Of a stretch of 64,000 bases of DNA, positions 1-11,768 are shown piece after piece. This DNA is from Macrostomum lignano. Taxonomy: Eukaryota. Under the pieces are notes generated by a model. The model was not told where the DNA came from. It ran no database searches and worked only from the letters and a program-made list of their open reading frames with translations. Each line of letters begins with the position of its first letter. Position 1 is the first letter of the stretch. The position numbers and the translations under genes were made by a program. The stretch lies in NCBI GenBank assembly GCA_002269645.1, contig NIVC01000662.1, positions 124,001 through 188,000 on the forward strand, in the 5' to 3' direction.

Positions 1-730
1 GACTAATATAAACTGTATCAGACTAATAGAAACTGTATCAGACTAATAGAAACTGTATCAGATTAATCGAAACTGTATCAGACTAATAGAAACTGTATCA
101 GACTAATAGAAACTGTATCAGACTAATAGAAACTGTATCAGACTAATAGAAACTGTATCAGACTAATAGAAACTGTATCAGACTAATAGAAACTGTATCA
201 GACTAATAGAAACTGTATCAGACTAATAGAAACTGTATCAGACTAATATAAACTGTATCAGACTAATATAAACTGTATCAGACTAATAGAAACTGTATCA
301 GACTAATAGAAACTGTATCAGACTAGTAGAAACTGTATCAGACTAATAGAAACTGTATCAGACTAGTAGAAACTGTATCAGACTAATAGAAACTGTATCA
401 GACTAATAGAAACTGTATCAGACTAATAGAAACTGTATCAGACTAATATAAACTGTATCAGACTAGTAGAAACTGTATCAGACTAGTAGAAACTGTATCA
501 GACTAATAGAAACTGTATCAGACTAATAGAAACTGTATCAGACTAATAGAAACTGTATCAGACTAATATAAACTGTATCAGACTAGTAGAAACTGTATCA
601 GACTAGTAGAAACTGTATCAGACTAATAGAAACTGTATCAGACTATATAGAAACTGTATCAGACTAATAGAAACTGTATCAGACTCAAGAAACTGTCAGA
701 CACTAGAAAATATGTCAGACTTGAAACTGT
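1..730. repeat. 20-bp minisatellite (GACTAATAGAAACTGTATCA)n in an intron of the MFS gene
   Basis: About 35 near-identical units from base 1, degenerating near 660-730. Confidence 0.97.
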
Positions 731-785
731 GTCAGTCTCTAAACATTGAGGCTGCAACAATTGGGCAATAGCTTTCTATGCTCAC

Positions 786-1019
786 CAATGACATGCTGAG
801 CAGTCGCTTTTTCCAGTCCTTCTTCTCAAACAACTGATCGATCACGCTGGCATCATTTGACGGCTTCGGCGCCGATGCGCTTGCCGCCTCCTCCTCGTCC
901 GTGTCCAGCTCAGCTTCCTCGGTATCGTCATCCGCTTCATCAGTTCGGGCGTCGGCCAGCTGAACTGACGACGGTAGCGGCGAGTACTCCAGCTGCTGTA
1001 GGGGCTTCTTCTTTTGCGA

Positions 1020-1052
<33 letters not shown>

Positions 1053-1056
1053 GAAA
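786..1056 (-). CDS. SLC16/MCT-like MFS transporter, exon 2 (polyQ/acidic cytoplasmic loop); gene continues left of the window
   Basis: Acceptor ctttcttacag|T at 1057/1056 is phase 2, matching the exon 1 donor TATAG|GTACGT. Reads SFQQQQ...DEADDDTEEAELD...KRLLSMSL, then donor TTG|GTGAGC at 786/785. Confidence 0.7.
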
Positions 1057-1184
1057 CTGTAAGAAAGTTGATTTTTGATCTGATATGTGCCAATTTCGTT
1101 ATGCGGCTGCCCTGACAACCAAAAAAGTTCACTCGAGGGCTACCTGAAGCACTTTAGATGCTTGAAAAAATGCTCCCAGACTGT

Positions 1185-1760
1185 TCAGACAACATGAACA
1201 CCACAGACAACCCAGACATTACAGAGACTACAGACACCACCGACACGACAGAAACCACAGACACCTCAGACACCTCAGACACCACAGACATCACAGACAG
1301 GCACCACAGACACCACAGACACCATAGACACTACAGACATCACAGACAGGCACCACAGACACCTCGGACACCACAGACATCACAGACAGGCACCACAGAA
1401 ACCACAGACACCATAGACACTACAGACACTACAGACACTACAGACACTACAGACATCACAGACAACCCAGACACCATAGACACCACAGAAACCACAGGCA
1501 CCACAGATGCCATAAACACCACAGACACCACAGACAACCCAGACACCACAGACAACCCAGACACCACATACAACCCAGACACCACAGACAACCCAGACAC
1601 CACAGACAACTCAGATACCACAGACAACCCAGACACCACAGACAACCCAGACACCACAGACAACCCAGACACCACAGACAACTCAGACACCACAGACAAC
1701 CCAGACACCACAGACAACCCAGACACCACAGAAACCACAGACACCACAAACACCACAGAA
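1185..1760. repeat. 9/18-bp minisatellite (ACACCACAG/ACAACCCAG) in intron 1 of the MFS gene
   Basis: Tandem degenerate 9-mers that generate spurious TTDNPD/VVSGLS ORFs. Confidence 0.93.
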
Positions 1761-1815
1761 TCCCATACATTCCCAAACGCCTCACATCAGAAACACCCGA
1801 GAAACCCAGACGTAC

Positions 1816-2435
1816 CTATACGGCCGCACCGGCCGTGCAAACAACAGGCCGCCAAAAATTCCCATGACGCAGGCGATGGTTCCATAGGCGTAAAATACGG
1901 CCCGCCAGCCCGCCAGCTTTAGCGCAATCGAGTAGCCATCAATGAGGAAGAACGTAGCAAAGGCGACTCCCTGCACCATGGTGGTGGCGAAGATTCTCAG
2001 GCTGGACTCGCGCGGGAAATAATCGTCAATAACCAGAATAACGGTGGACAGCATGACGGAGGCGGCGCCGCCTGCGGCCACCGTGTCGGTGAAGATCATG
2101 TAGCCGGGCTCCGAGAACCCAGTCGACAGCAGGCAGGCAAGCAGGCTGGTCAGGCCAGAGGCAACCATGCAAGTTCTATAGCTGATCTTGAAGTGATCGA
2201 TAATTCCCGAGATCAGAGGCACAAACATGAACACAATCATGCCATGAGTGGCGCCTAGCCAGTGTACCTCATTTCGTTCAACGTAGGCTGGCAAATCTTC
2301 GTAGAGGTACAAGGCCAGAGAGCCGTGGCAGCGAACGTTAGTAGCGATTAGTAGGGAGCTGATGCAGCAGACTACTAGGATCAGCAGCGGCGTGACGCTG
2401 TCAATCAGCTCCTGCGCCTTGCTGCTAATTGTCAT
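1816..2435 (-). CDS. SLC16/monocarboxylate-transporter-like MFS protein, exon 1 (N-terminal TM bundle)
   Basis: Six hydrophobic segments with MCT-like motifs: WLGATHG..PLISGIIDHF, VIDDYFP, GWRAVFYAYG..GLLFARP. Donor AG|GTACGT at 1816/1815. Confidence 0.8.
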
Positions 2436-3202
2436 GCTGTACCAATGCTTAGGCGGACTCTTTAGACGGAGAGAAACATGGAAATCTAGCTACACACAAG
2501 ATACAAAGATAGCGCGCAGCTAAACTCCTAGAGTTTATATAGGAATGAGTTTCTGAGATAGCTTAAGCATCCAACTCACTGTACAGCTGGCTCAAGATGC
2601 ACTCACGCACACACAGTTATAGAAAAAGAACAATAAGAATGAGATGAAGTGAAAAATGTACGCTTCTTCAGCATTGTTTGTATTCGCATTGAAACACGTG
2701 CGCTTGTGGTCTCAGGTTGAGTGCTAATTCAGCCCAACCCCTGACCACCGCCTCTCTACCCCTTTGCTCAAGGTAATCGTATTTATCTGGCCATCTTCTC
2801 TTATGCAAATTTTGAATGCGCAGAGTTTGCTAATGTGCATAGGTAGTTGCGACTGTAGCTGGAGACCTGCTAGTGTTTGAATTGACCTTGGCTAAAGAGA
2901 ATACGCACACTCAACAACATGCTCCACCCCGAAACCAGTGGTCAAATTTTCTCAGGTCTTCAGCCCGAACTGACGGCATTCCCGCCATGCCCGCGGTTCT
3001 CGCCTCAACTGTGTTTGATGCAGCTTGCGTCACAAGGCTGGTGAGGAGAGAGCGGAGAGCTATGGCTGGAGTTGTATTAAAAGCTGCCACTTGTTTGATC
3101 ACTGGTCTCGGGGTGGAAGCTTTAACATGCTGTTGAATGTACAGTACATGTACAAATTATATTAGTGATATGTGCAACACATTATAACTGTAGTGAAAAT
3201 AC

Positions 3203-4196
3203 AGGCAGGGGAAGCAGCTGAGGCAGGGGAAGCAGCTGAGGCAGGGGAAGCAGCTGAGGCAGGGGAAGCAGCTGAGGCAGGGGAAGCAGCTGAGGCAGGG
3301 GAAGCAGCTGAGGCAGGGGAAGCAGCTGAGGCAGGGGAAGCAGCTGAGGCAGGGGAAGCAGCTGAGGCAGGGGAAGCAGCTGAGGCAGGGGAAGCAGCTG
3401 AGGCAGGGGAAGCAGCTGAGGCAGGGGAAGCAGCTGAGGCAGGGGAAGCAGCTGAGGCAGGGGAAGCAGCTGAGGCAGGGGAAGCAGCTGAGGCAGGGGA
3501 AGCAGCTGAGGCAGGGGAAGCAGCTGAGGCAGGGGAAGCAGCTGAGGCAGGGGAAGCAGCTGAGGCAGGGGAAGCAGCTGAGGCAGGGGAAGCAGCTGAG
3601 GCAGGGGAAGCAGCTGAGGCAGGGGAAGCAGCTGAGGCAGGGGAAGCAGCTGAGGCAGGGGAAGCAGCTGAGGCAGGGGAAGCAGCTGAGGCAGGGGAAG
3701 CAGCTGAGGCAGGGGAAGCAGCTGAGGCAGGGGAAGCAGCTGAGGCAGGGGAAGCAGCTGAGGCAGGGGAAGCAGCTGATGCAGGGGAAGCAGCTGAGGC
3801 AAGGGAAGCAGCTGAGGCAGGGGAAGCAGCTGATGCAGGGGAAGCAGCTGAGGCAGGGGAAGCAGCTGAGGCAGGGGAAGCAGCTGAGGCAGGGGAAGCA
3901 GCTGAGGCAGGGGAAGCAGCTGAGGCAGGGGAAGCAGCTGAGGCAGGGGAAGCAGCTGAGGCAGGGAAGCAGCTGAGGCAGGGGAAGCAGCTGAGGCAGG
4001 GGAAGCAGCTGAGGCAGGGGAAGCAGCTGATGCAGGGGAAGCAGCTGAGGCAAGGGAAGCAGCTGAGGCAGGGGAAGCAGCTGAGGCAGGGGAAGCAGCT
4101 GATGCAGGGGAAGCAGCTGAGGCAAGGGAAGCAGCTGAGGCAGCCTAAGAACACCAGAGGAAGCAGCTGAGGCAGCCTAAGAACACCAGAGGAAGC
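3203..4196. repeat. 18-bp minisatellite (GAGGCAGGGGAAGCAGCT)n
   Basis: About 52 almost perfect units. Confidence 0.97.
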
Positions 4197-5169
4197 TAGA
4201 ACTGCAGGTGCCATAGGAACGGCTCACTTAGGTTAAAAAATCATCGTTTTTCACTTTGGCACGTCAGAGAGAGGTGAGCAAGCATCTGAGGCTTAGACTA
4301 AAAAACTGACAGTCGGAGGCGGGCAGTTGTCAGGAGTGGGGGCAGCCTCTCAGCTTACAAGGGAAACAGCCGTGGTGAGGGAAGCCAGAGCAGCGGCAGG
4401 GCATTATTGACAGGGCAAAGTGGCTGGGGGGGGGGTTAGCGCCCGGATTCATTTTCGCTCGCGCAGGAAAAACTTGGGTAGGATCGCGCTGGCGTGCATA
4501 CAGCGCAGAAACCCTCCCCAAAAGGCTGCATACTTCCAATTCACACGCGGATCTATAATACTTCAATGACTTGCTGGCGAGCCAGGTATTTCAGGCCTGA
4601 AGCGCGGTCTGCTCGTGTCCGTGCAAAAATACACACACGCGGGCACTATTGGCTGCTGCAGGGGAATCAATGAACACCCGCCCCACCCCCATGATGCCTA
4701 CTTCTGCATGCTGGGCCGCCGCCACCGCCGCCTTGACAACCGAAGGAGAGGAAAGTGTGCAGGAGAGGATTAGAAAGTCACTTTTTCTTCCCAATCGGCT
4801 TGGAGACTGAGAACTTTCCGTTGATTTTGGAGAAAAAATGAAAGTGGAAGCTTAATAATTCAGTAGCTCTTAGTCTAACGTGCGCAGCGTTTTATAACGG
4901 TATCAATCCCTTAAATTTTCTCACTACCTTTGGTGGCCTTGGGGGATTTTACCTTGGAGACTAAAATCGAACTGATTCTGCAGCTCTCGGCCTTACTGGG
5001 TCAACAGCTTGTGCTGGACAGGGTACAGGGTAGCATCAGATTCGTCACTTCGACTTAGTTCAATAGAAAAATGAAAAAATGACGTAGTAGTACACCACAC
5101 AGACACATTTACGAAAGAGTACTTTTGCTGAACTTTTTATGTCCGTGTTCATAAACAGAATGCATTTCA

Positions 5170-5675
5170 CATCCAGCAAATAAAACACCCACCTCACCCC
5201 AGCAAATAAAACACCCACCTCACCCCAGCAAATAAAACACTCACCTCACGCCCGGCAAATAAAACACCCACCTCACGCTCAGAAAATAAAACACACACCT
5301 CACGCCCGGCAAATAAAGCACCCACCTAATGCTCGGCAGATCAAACACCCACCTCACGCCCGGCAAATAAAACACCCACCTCACCCCAGCAAATAAAACA
5401 CCCACCTCACCCCAGCAAATAAAACACTCACCTCACGCCCGGCAAATAAAACACCCACCTCACGCTCAGAAAATAAAACACACACCTCACGCCCGGCAAA
5501 TAAAGCACCCACCTAATGCTCGGCAGATCAAACACCCACCTCACGCCCGGCAAATAAAACACCCACCTCACGTCCAGCAGATTAAACACCCACCTCCCCC
5601 CAGCAAATAAAACACCCACCTCACGCCCAGAAAATAAAACACCCACCTCACGCCAAGCAAATAAAACACCCACCT
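5170..5675. repeat. ~24-25-bp minisatellite (CAGCAAATAAAACACCCACCTCAC(G/C)C) with a higher-order duplication
   Basis: About 20 units; a block of variant units is itself duplicated. Confidence 0.9.
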
Positions 5676-6617
5676 ATATTATAGTAAGTAAATACATTGA
5701 TTCAGTCGGTACAAAAGGAACCTTCAGCTTCAGTAATACTGTTTGTATTGGACTGCTTGCAGATTTTTAGTAGCCAATTTCTGCTGTCAAATCTGCGGTA
5801 TGCTGTGCTGCGCTGTATTTTCAAGCACCGGATCTGCTCCGGTCACCCATCCTGCATTCTTCTGAGCAGTGGATAATATCCCGCCTTTTTTAACTGACTC
5901 TGTCTTTCTACTCTGCTCAAGACCCAAAATTTAGTCCTTGAGACGCAATGAGTCGATGCAATACACACAGGAAGGCCCCTGTCCCATACATAGGAGGAGA
6001 CCTTTGTTGGATCTGCTGCTGTGGGGTAGGGCGGACCGCGCCAGTTTGTTTATGCCAAACATGGCTGAAATCCCGATCGGTGAGGGATTGGATTTGGTGA
6101 ATGGAGCTGCAGCTGAACGCCTATGTAAACACAACACACACGCACACTCACACGCACACACACATCTCTCTGCGGGGGCAACCGGCTATGAGGTTGGCTG
6201 TTTTTCGTCGCTACCCCCAGACTGTCTATAACGGGAGCCAACTGCAGCTTTGGGGGTAAGAAAGTATGACGATGGGAGATGGCAGCGCTGGGGCGATGAG
6301 GGAGCATTGGGGTTGGCTTGGACCACTCTATAAAGGGATAAGTCTCTTTCCGAGAGAGCAACTTAAACTTTGGCGCCTCTCTTCTAGCACCGTCACTCCA
6401 AGCAAGAATTGATTGACTACTCAACAGTTCCAATACTAACTGAAAATTAATTATTTACTAACAACAAGGACCAACTGTAGAGCTAGGGATCTCCAAGGAC
6501 GATGGGGATCGGGCCATAGACGGGAGACATCAGCATGTCGGTCAGCCCCCACCAGCAACAGACGCCATCTACAAGGTAAGAATATTACTGCCCACGGTCC
6601 ACGGTTAATCCACGGCC

Positions 6618-7520
6618 TCCTGAGGGGTATTGTGGTTGTGGAAGCTTCCTGAAGGGTATTGGGGTTGTGGAAGCTTCCTGAAGGGTATTGGGGTTGTGGA
6701 AGCTTCCTGAAGAGTATTGGGGTTGTGGTAGCCTTCTGAAGGGTATTGGGGTTGTGGAAGCTTCCTGAAGGGTATTGGGGTTGTGGTAGCCTTCTGAAGG
6801 GTATTGGGGTTGTGGAAGCTTCCTGAAGGGTATTGGGGTTGTGGTAGCCTTCTGAAGGGTATTGGGGTTGTGGAAGCTTCCTGAAGGGTATTGGGGTTGT
6901 GGTAGCCTTCTGAAGGGTATTGGGGTTGTGGAAGCTTCATGAAGGGTATTGGGGTTGTGGAAGCTTCCTAAAGGGTATTGGGGTTGTGGTAGCCTTCTGA
7001 AGGGTATTGGGGTTGTGGAAGCTTCCTGAAGGGTATTGGGGTTGTGGAAGCTTCCTGAAGGGTATTGGGGTTGTGGAAGCTTCCTGAAGGGTTATTGGGG
7101 TTGTGGAAGCTTCCTGAAGGGTATTGGGGTTGTGGAAGCTTCCTGAAGGGTATTGGGGTTGTGGAAGCTTCCTGAAGGGTATTGGGGTTGTGGAAGCTTC
7201 CTGAAGGGTTATTGGGGTTGTGGAAGCTTCCTGAAGGGTATTGGGGTTGTGGAAGCTTCCTGAAGGGTTATTGGGGTTGTGGAAGCTTCATGAAGGGTAT
7301 TGGGGTTGTGGAAGCTTCCTGAAGGGTATTGGGGTTGTGGAAGCTTCCTGAAGGGTTATTGGGGTTGTGGAAGCTTCCTGAAGGGTATTGGGGTTGTGAT
7401 AGCCTCCTGAAGGGTATTGGGGTTGTGGAAGCTTCATGAAGGGTATTGGGGTTTTTGAAGCTTCCTGAATGGTATTGGGGTTGTGGAAACTTCATGAAGG
7501 GTATTGGGGTTGTGGTAGCC
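6618..7520. repeat. 29-bp G-rich minisatellite (GGGTATTGGGGTTGTGGAAGCTTCCTGAA)n
   Basis: About 31 units. Confidence 0.96.
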
Positions 7521-7707
7521 TCCCGAAGGATCTTGAGACATCGAAGATATTGCGTACAGGATTTGCGAGTAGTATGTAAAGCACTTTCCAACATTAATTG
7601 TACTCTTAGTACAAACGGATTTCGATAGCGCACTCGCCGCTCGGCTACTCTGCTCCCGTTCCAGCAGGCGCCCCAGAAGCAGCCTGGCGGCCAGCATCCT
7701 GGGCGCG

Positions 7708-8370
7708 ATGAAGCAGCCCGACGAGCGTCCGCAGCCAAATGGAGACTTCGGCGCTGATCACCGCCGTCCAGTGTCGGCAGCCGCGGCCTCCTACGTTAAC
7801 GGCGGCACTCCCGACACTGCTAACAGTGTCAGCGCTAGCCGAGTGACCATTGTTAGCGACGGGGGCGGTGGAGGCGGCGGCAGCGGCGACGGCGTCAGCG
7901 GAGGCAGAATTGGCGGCAGCAGTCAGGGGACGCTGCAGGAGCGCGACGAGCTGCTGCTGGACCGGGTGAAGCTGCTCGCCTGTTACTCCTTCGTGCTGCT
8001 GCACTCGGTGGTGTTGGTCGCGCTGGACGCCATCATGATGAAGCGCGGCTGCTCCGGCCTCCTAGGAGCTTCGTTCTTCGTTCTAGCGGCCACGCTGGCG
8101 TTGCTGCCGGCCTGCGCTCTGCTAGCCGCGTCGCAGCCTCGCTCGAGAGGCCGTCGCGCCCTCATCGGCCTCTGCTGCCTGTGGGGCCTGGTGCTGCTGG
8201 GCGACGCCGTGTGGGTCTGCCTCGTCTTCCCCTGGCTGGCTTCGGCCTGTGTTGGCACCGCGCTGATTGGCACAGTTGCCATCGGGCTGGTGTGCTGCCC
8301 CGCCTCGCTGGTCGCCTTCGTCATCCTGCACGGCTGGCTGGCCGTCTGCAAGCTGCCGCTCAGCGACTGA
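7708..8370 (+). CDS. Hypothetical 4-TM, Cys-rich membrane protein (possibly N-terminally extended by an exon at 6535-6575)
   Basis: GC-rich 220-codon ORF with CTG/GCC bias and four hydrophobic stretches. The frame is open upstream to about 7600. ATG at 6535...ACAAG|GTAAGA (phase 2) would join the acceptor ttcgatag|C at 7629 in frame. No family recognised. Confidence 0.6.
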   Translation: MKQPDERPQPNGDFGADHRRPVSAAAASYVNGGTPDTANSVSASRVTIVSDGGGGGGGSGDGVSGGRIGGSSQGTLQERDELLLDRVKLLACYSFVLLHSVVLVALDAIMMKRGCSGLLGASFFVLAATLALLPACALLAASQPRSRGRRALIGLCCLWGLVLLGDAVWVCLVFPWLASACVGTALIGTVAIGLVCCPASLVAFVILHGWLAVCKLPLSD

Positions 8371-8464
8371 GGTGGGCGGGCAGGCCCTCAATGGGGTCAC
8401 AAGGGGGCGCGACTACTGGGCCAACTATATACTTGCATGGTTGGAGCTGGTGCTAACCTCCGTG

Positions 8465-9065
8465 GATCATGGAGGGTGCAGATCCTCTAGGGTCATGGAG
8501 GGTGCTAATTCTCTAGGGTCATCGAGGGTGCTGATCTTCTAGGGTCATGGGGGGTGCAGATCCTCTAGGGTCATGGAGGGTGCAGTTCCTCTAGGGTCAT
8601 GGAGGGTGCAGATCCTCTAGGGTCAAGGAGGGTGCTGATCTTCCAGGCTCATATCCTCTAGGGTCATGGAGGGTGCTGATCCTCTAGGGTCAAGGAGGGT
8701 GCTGATCTTCCAGGCTCATATCCTCTAGGGTCATGGAGGGTGCTGATCCTCTAGGGTCATGGAGGGTGCTGATTCTCTAGGGTCATGGAGGGTGCTGATC
8801 CTCTAGGGTCATGGAGGGTGCTGATCCTCTAGGGTCATGGAGGGTGCTGATCCTCTAGGGTCATGGAGGGTGCTGATCCTCTAGGGTCATGGAGGGTCAT
8901 ATCCTCTAGGGTCATGGAGGGTGCTGATCCTCTAGGGTCATGGAGGGTGCTGATCCTCCAGGGTCATGGAGAGTGCTGATTCTCCAGGGCCCTGGAGAGT
9001 GCTGATTCTCCGGGGTCATGGAGAGTGCTGATTCTCCAGGATCATGGAGAGTGCTGATCCTCCTG
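8465..9065. repeat. 26-bp minisatellite (GGTCATGGAGGGTGCTGATCCTCTAG)n
   Basis: About 23 units directly downstream of the 4-TM ORF. Confidence 0.95.
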
Positions 9066-9984
9066 GGTCAAATGTAGGAATGAAGGACTAGCAGGATAAA
9101 TTCAGTGCCCATATTGAGTGAAGGCAAAGTGATGGGAAGCTGACTAACACACTGACTGCAACTGAACTGTTACGCTCGTATCAGTTTTTTTGAAGTTTCA
9201 ATTAAAAATGGATTATGATCTTTCACCCCAACAATTAACAATTTCAGATAAATCGCTTCTAACGCTTCTTCACGGTTCTGGCGTATCTTTAAATAGCAAA
9301 TGTACTTTATAGTTTTGAATGATGTTATTTATCTATCTAGATAAGTCAATGTGACCCTATAAAATGCCTCAAAATGGATCAGTGAATGATTATTTTTTCG
9401 CAACCTCCTCAAAGAAATGCGGCACACCTGCGCCCAACCTGTAAAAAGCAGTCTCACTCGCTTGCTACTTATTTCTTTCAAAGCTAAAAAATCGACCAAC
9501 AAAATAAAAGCTCACTGTAAAACATTCTCGAGCTGAATTCGTTAATTGCCAGATATGAACAGATAAGTTTAATTTATAGCATATTTTTATTTGAATTTGT
9601 GTAAAAAAGCGGCAGGAAAAAGAGCAAAGCAAATAAATTTTAGGCTAGCAAAGCAAGCAGACAGGCAAACAGGTGTGCTAACAGCTGGTGCGGCAGCTGG
9701 TACTCTGCTATGTACAATTATTGACAGAATTTGCATATAGCTAACTATTAAAATATTACTAGACTCCGATAAGCATTCACTAACAGTTTATAGCTAAATA
9801 ATTTAGAAAATAATATTTTGCCTAACAACAGACAGTAAGTAGTGCAGACAGTACACTTTTATGAAAAAATTTCAGGATTAATAAAATTGAATACAAAACT
9901 TGACATATAAATAAATGACTAAACGACAAGCCTTAAGGGATTTTTCTAATCTGAGAGTTCCCTCATTCAAAGTACATGTAGCTT

Positions 9985-10700
9985 GTAAATACGGAATTCC
10001 CCATTCTAAGTTGCTTATAGATACGGAACTCCTCCATCTAGGGAAGCTTATAGATACGGAATTCCCCCCCTATCTCGGAAAGTCTATACATACGAAATCC
10101 CCCCGTTCTCAGTAGCTTACAGATACGGAATCCCCCCGTTCTAAGTAGCTTATGGATACGGAATTCCCTCCCTGTTTTAAGTAGCTTATAGATACGGAAT
10201 TTCCTCCCCGTTTTAAGTAGCTTATAGATACGCAATTCCCCCCGTTCTAATTAGCTTATAGATACGGAATTCCCTCCCCGTTCTAAGTAGCTTATAAATA
10301 CGGAATTCCCTCCCCCTTCTAAGCAGCTTATAAATACGGAATCCCCTCCCCGTTCTAAGTAGCTTATAGATACGAAATTATCCCCGTTCTAAGTAGCTTA
10401 TAGATACGAAATTCTCCCCGTTCTAAGTAGCTTATAAATACGGAATTCCCTTCCCGTTCTAAGTAGCTTATAAATACGGAATTCCCTCCCCCTTTTAAGT
10501 AGCTTATAAATACGGAATTCCCTCCCCGTTCTAAGTAGCTTATAAATAAGAAATTCTCCCCGTTCTCAGTAGCTTATAAATACGGAATTCTCCCCGTTCT
10601 AAGTAGCTTATAAATACAGAATTCCCCCATTTTAAATAGCTTATAGATACGGAATTCCCCCATCCAGAAGCTTATACGATATGGAATTCCCCCAACCTTA
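9985..10700. repeat. ~35-bp minisatellite (CCCCGTTCTAAGTAGCTTATAGATACGGAATTCC)
   Basis: About 20 degenerate units. Confidence 0.93.
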
Positions 10701-11768
10701 GTGGTTTACAGATAAAGAATTCACTTTTTATCTACTAAAAGGAACAAAGATGATAAAAAGTGCCAAGAAATAAAGGAGCTGGAGCTTTAAACTCAATACC
10801 CTCCCATAAGAACAAGCAGCCATTTCATGGAAACTGCAATTGAAAATGCGAGTGCAAACATATAGAAATGCACTGCATTGTGCAAATATTAGTACGAAAA
10901 AATGATTTTTAAAAAATTATTTACATTTTAAATTTTTGCTCAACACAAACACAGACAGAATTGCACTAAATAACTTTAAATACATCACTAACAATGTAAC
11001 AATGAATATAATAGATAGAAATTGCACAAGCGGACTTGAGTCGCACAAATTACATTTTAGACGCAATTTTAAAACAAAAAAACTTGCTATGACAAGAATA
11101 CTTAAAACAGGCAGAGAAAAAGCAGCAGAGCAGAGGTGAAAGACTTTGCTAAAAAACATGAAGAAGAATGGCAGAAATTGAATAAAAAGAACATGACTGA
11201 TGCCAAACAGAGCAAATGCAGCAAATGTTTGTTAAAAACCTGTCAGTACAGTTGGATCTCTGATCTGCTACAGCTGTATTAAATATAATACCGAATTCGA
11301 GTACATGAGATTATATATATACTCATATATGTATATATGTATATATAAACATTTAAACACACCGCCATTAAAGTGTTCGTGGCAGCAACAAAAATTGAAA
11401 TTATTAAAAACAGCACACAGACAAATATAAACATGCTCAGTAGATTTGCGAAATTAAGGGAACTGTCTTGAGAAGATAAGACTAGACTGAAATATTAGTT
11501 GCTTGAGGAAAAACCATGGAAAGTCCGTGGAAAATCCACGCCCGACAAAATTTATTTTGTAAAGCGAAATGGCAAACATATCGGAATAGTAGATTGACTA
11601 AATTTCTCCAATATTTTCCCACTCCACCTGGATACATTGTGCATTTATGGAGTGCAGAGGGCACTTATGGAACAACCCATTTACTTGAGGAAAAACCATG
11701 GAAAAACCATGAAATACCCGCAGGAATGCATTGTCAAGAAATCATTTAACTCGTTGTAGATTCAATGT

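Noticed and set aside
1158-1922. 254-aa Thr/Asp-rich ORF (mucin or antifreeze-like) and its antisense ORFs
   Set aside because: Produced by a 9-bp intronic minisatellite lacking stops; lies antisense within the MFS intron.
3157-4214. Long ORFs (AGEAAE)n, (PASAAS)n, (PQLLPL)n, (CLSCFP)n
   Set aside because: An 18-bp stop-free unit opens five frames at once. No splice or unique-sequence support and no silent-site variation.
10900-11300. Lys-rich frameshifted ORF fragments (AEVKDFAKKHEEEWQKLNKK...)
   Set aside because: May be a TE remnant but no recognisable motif; not supportable.
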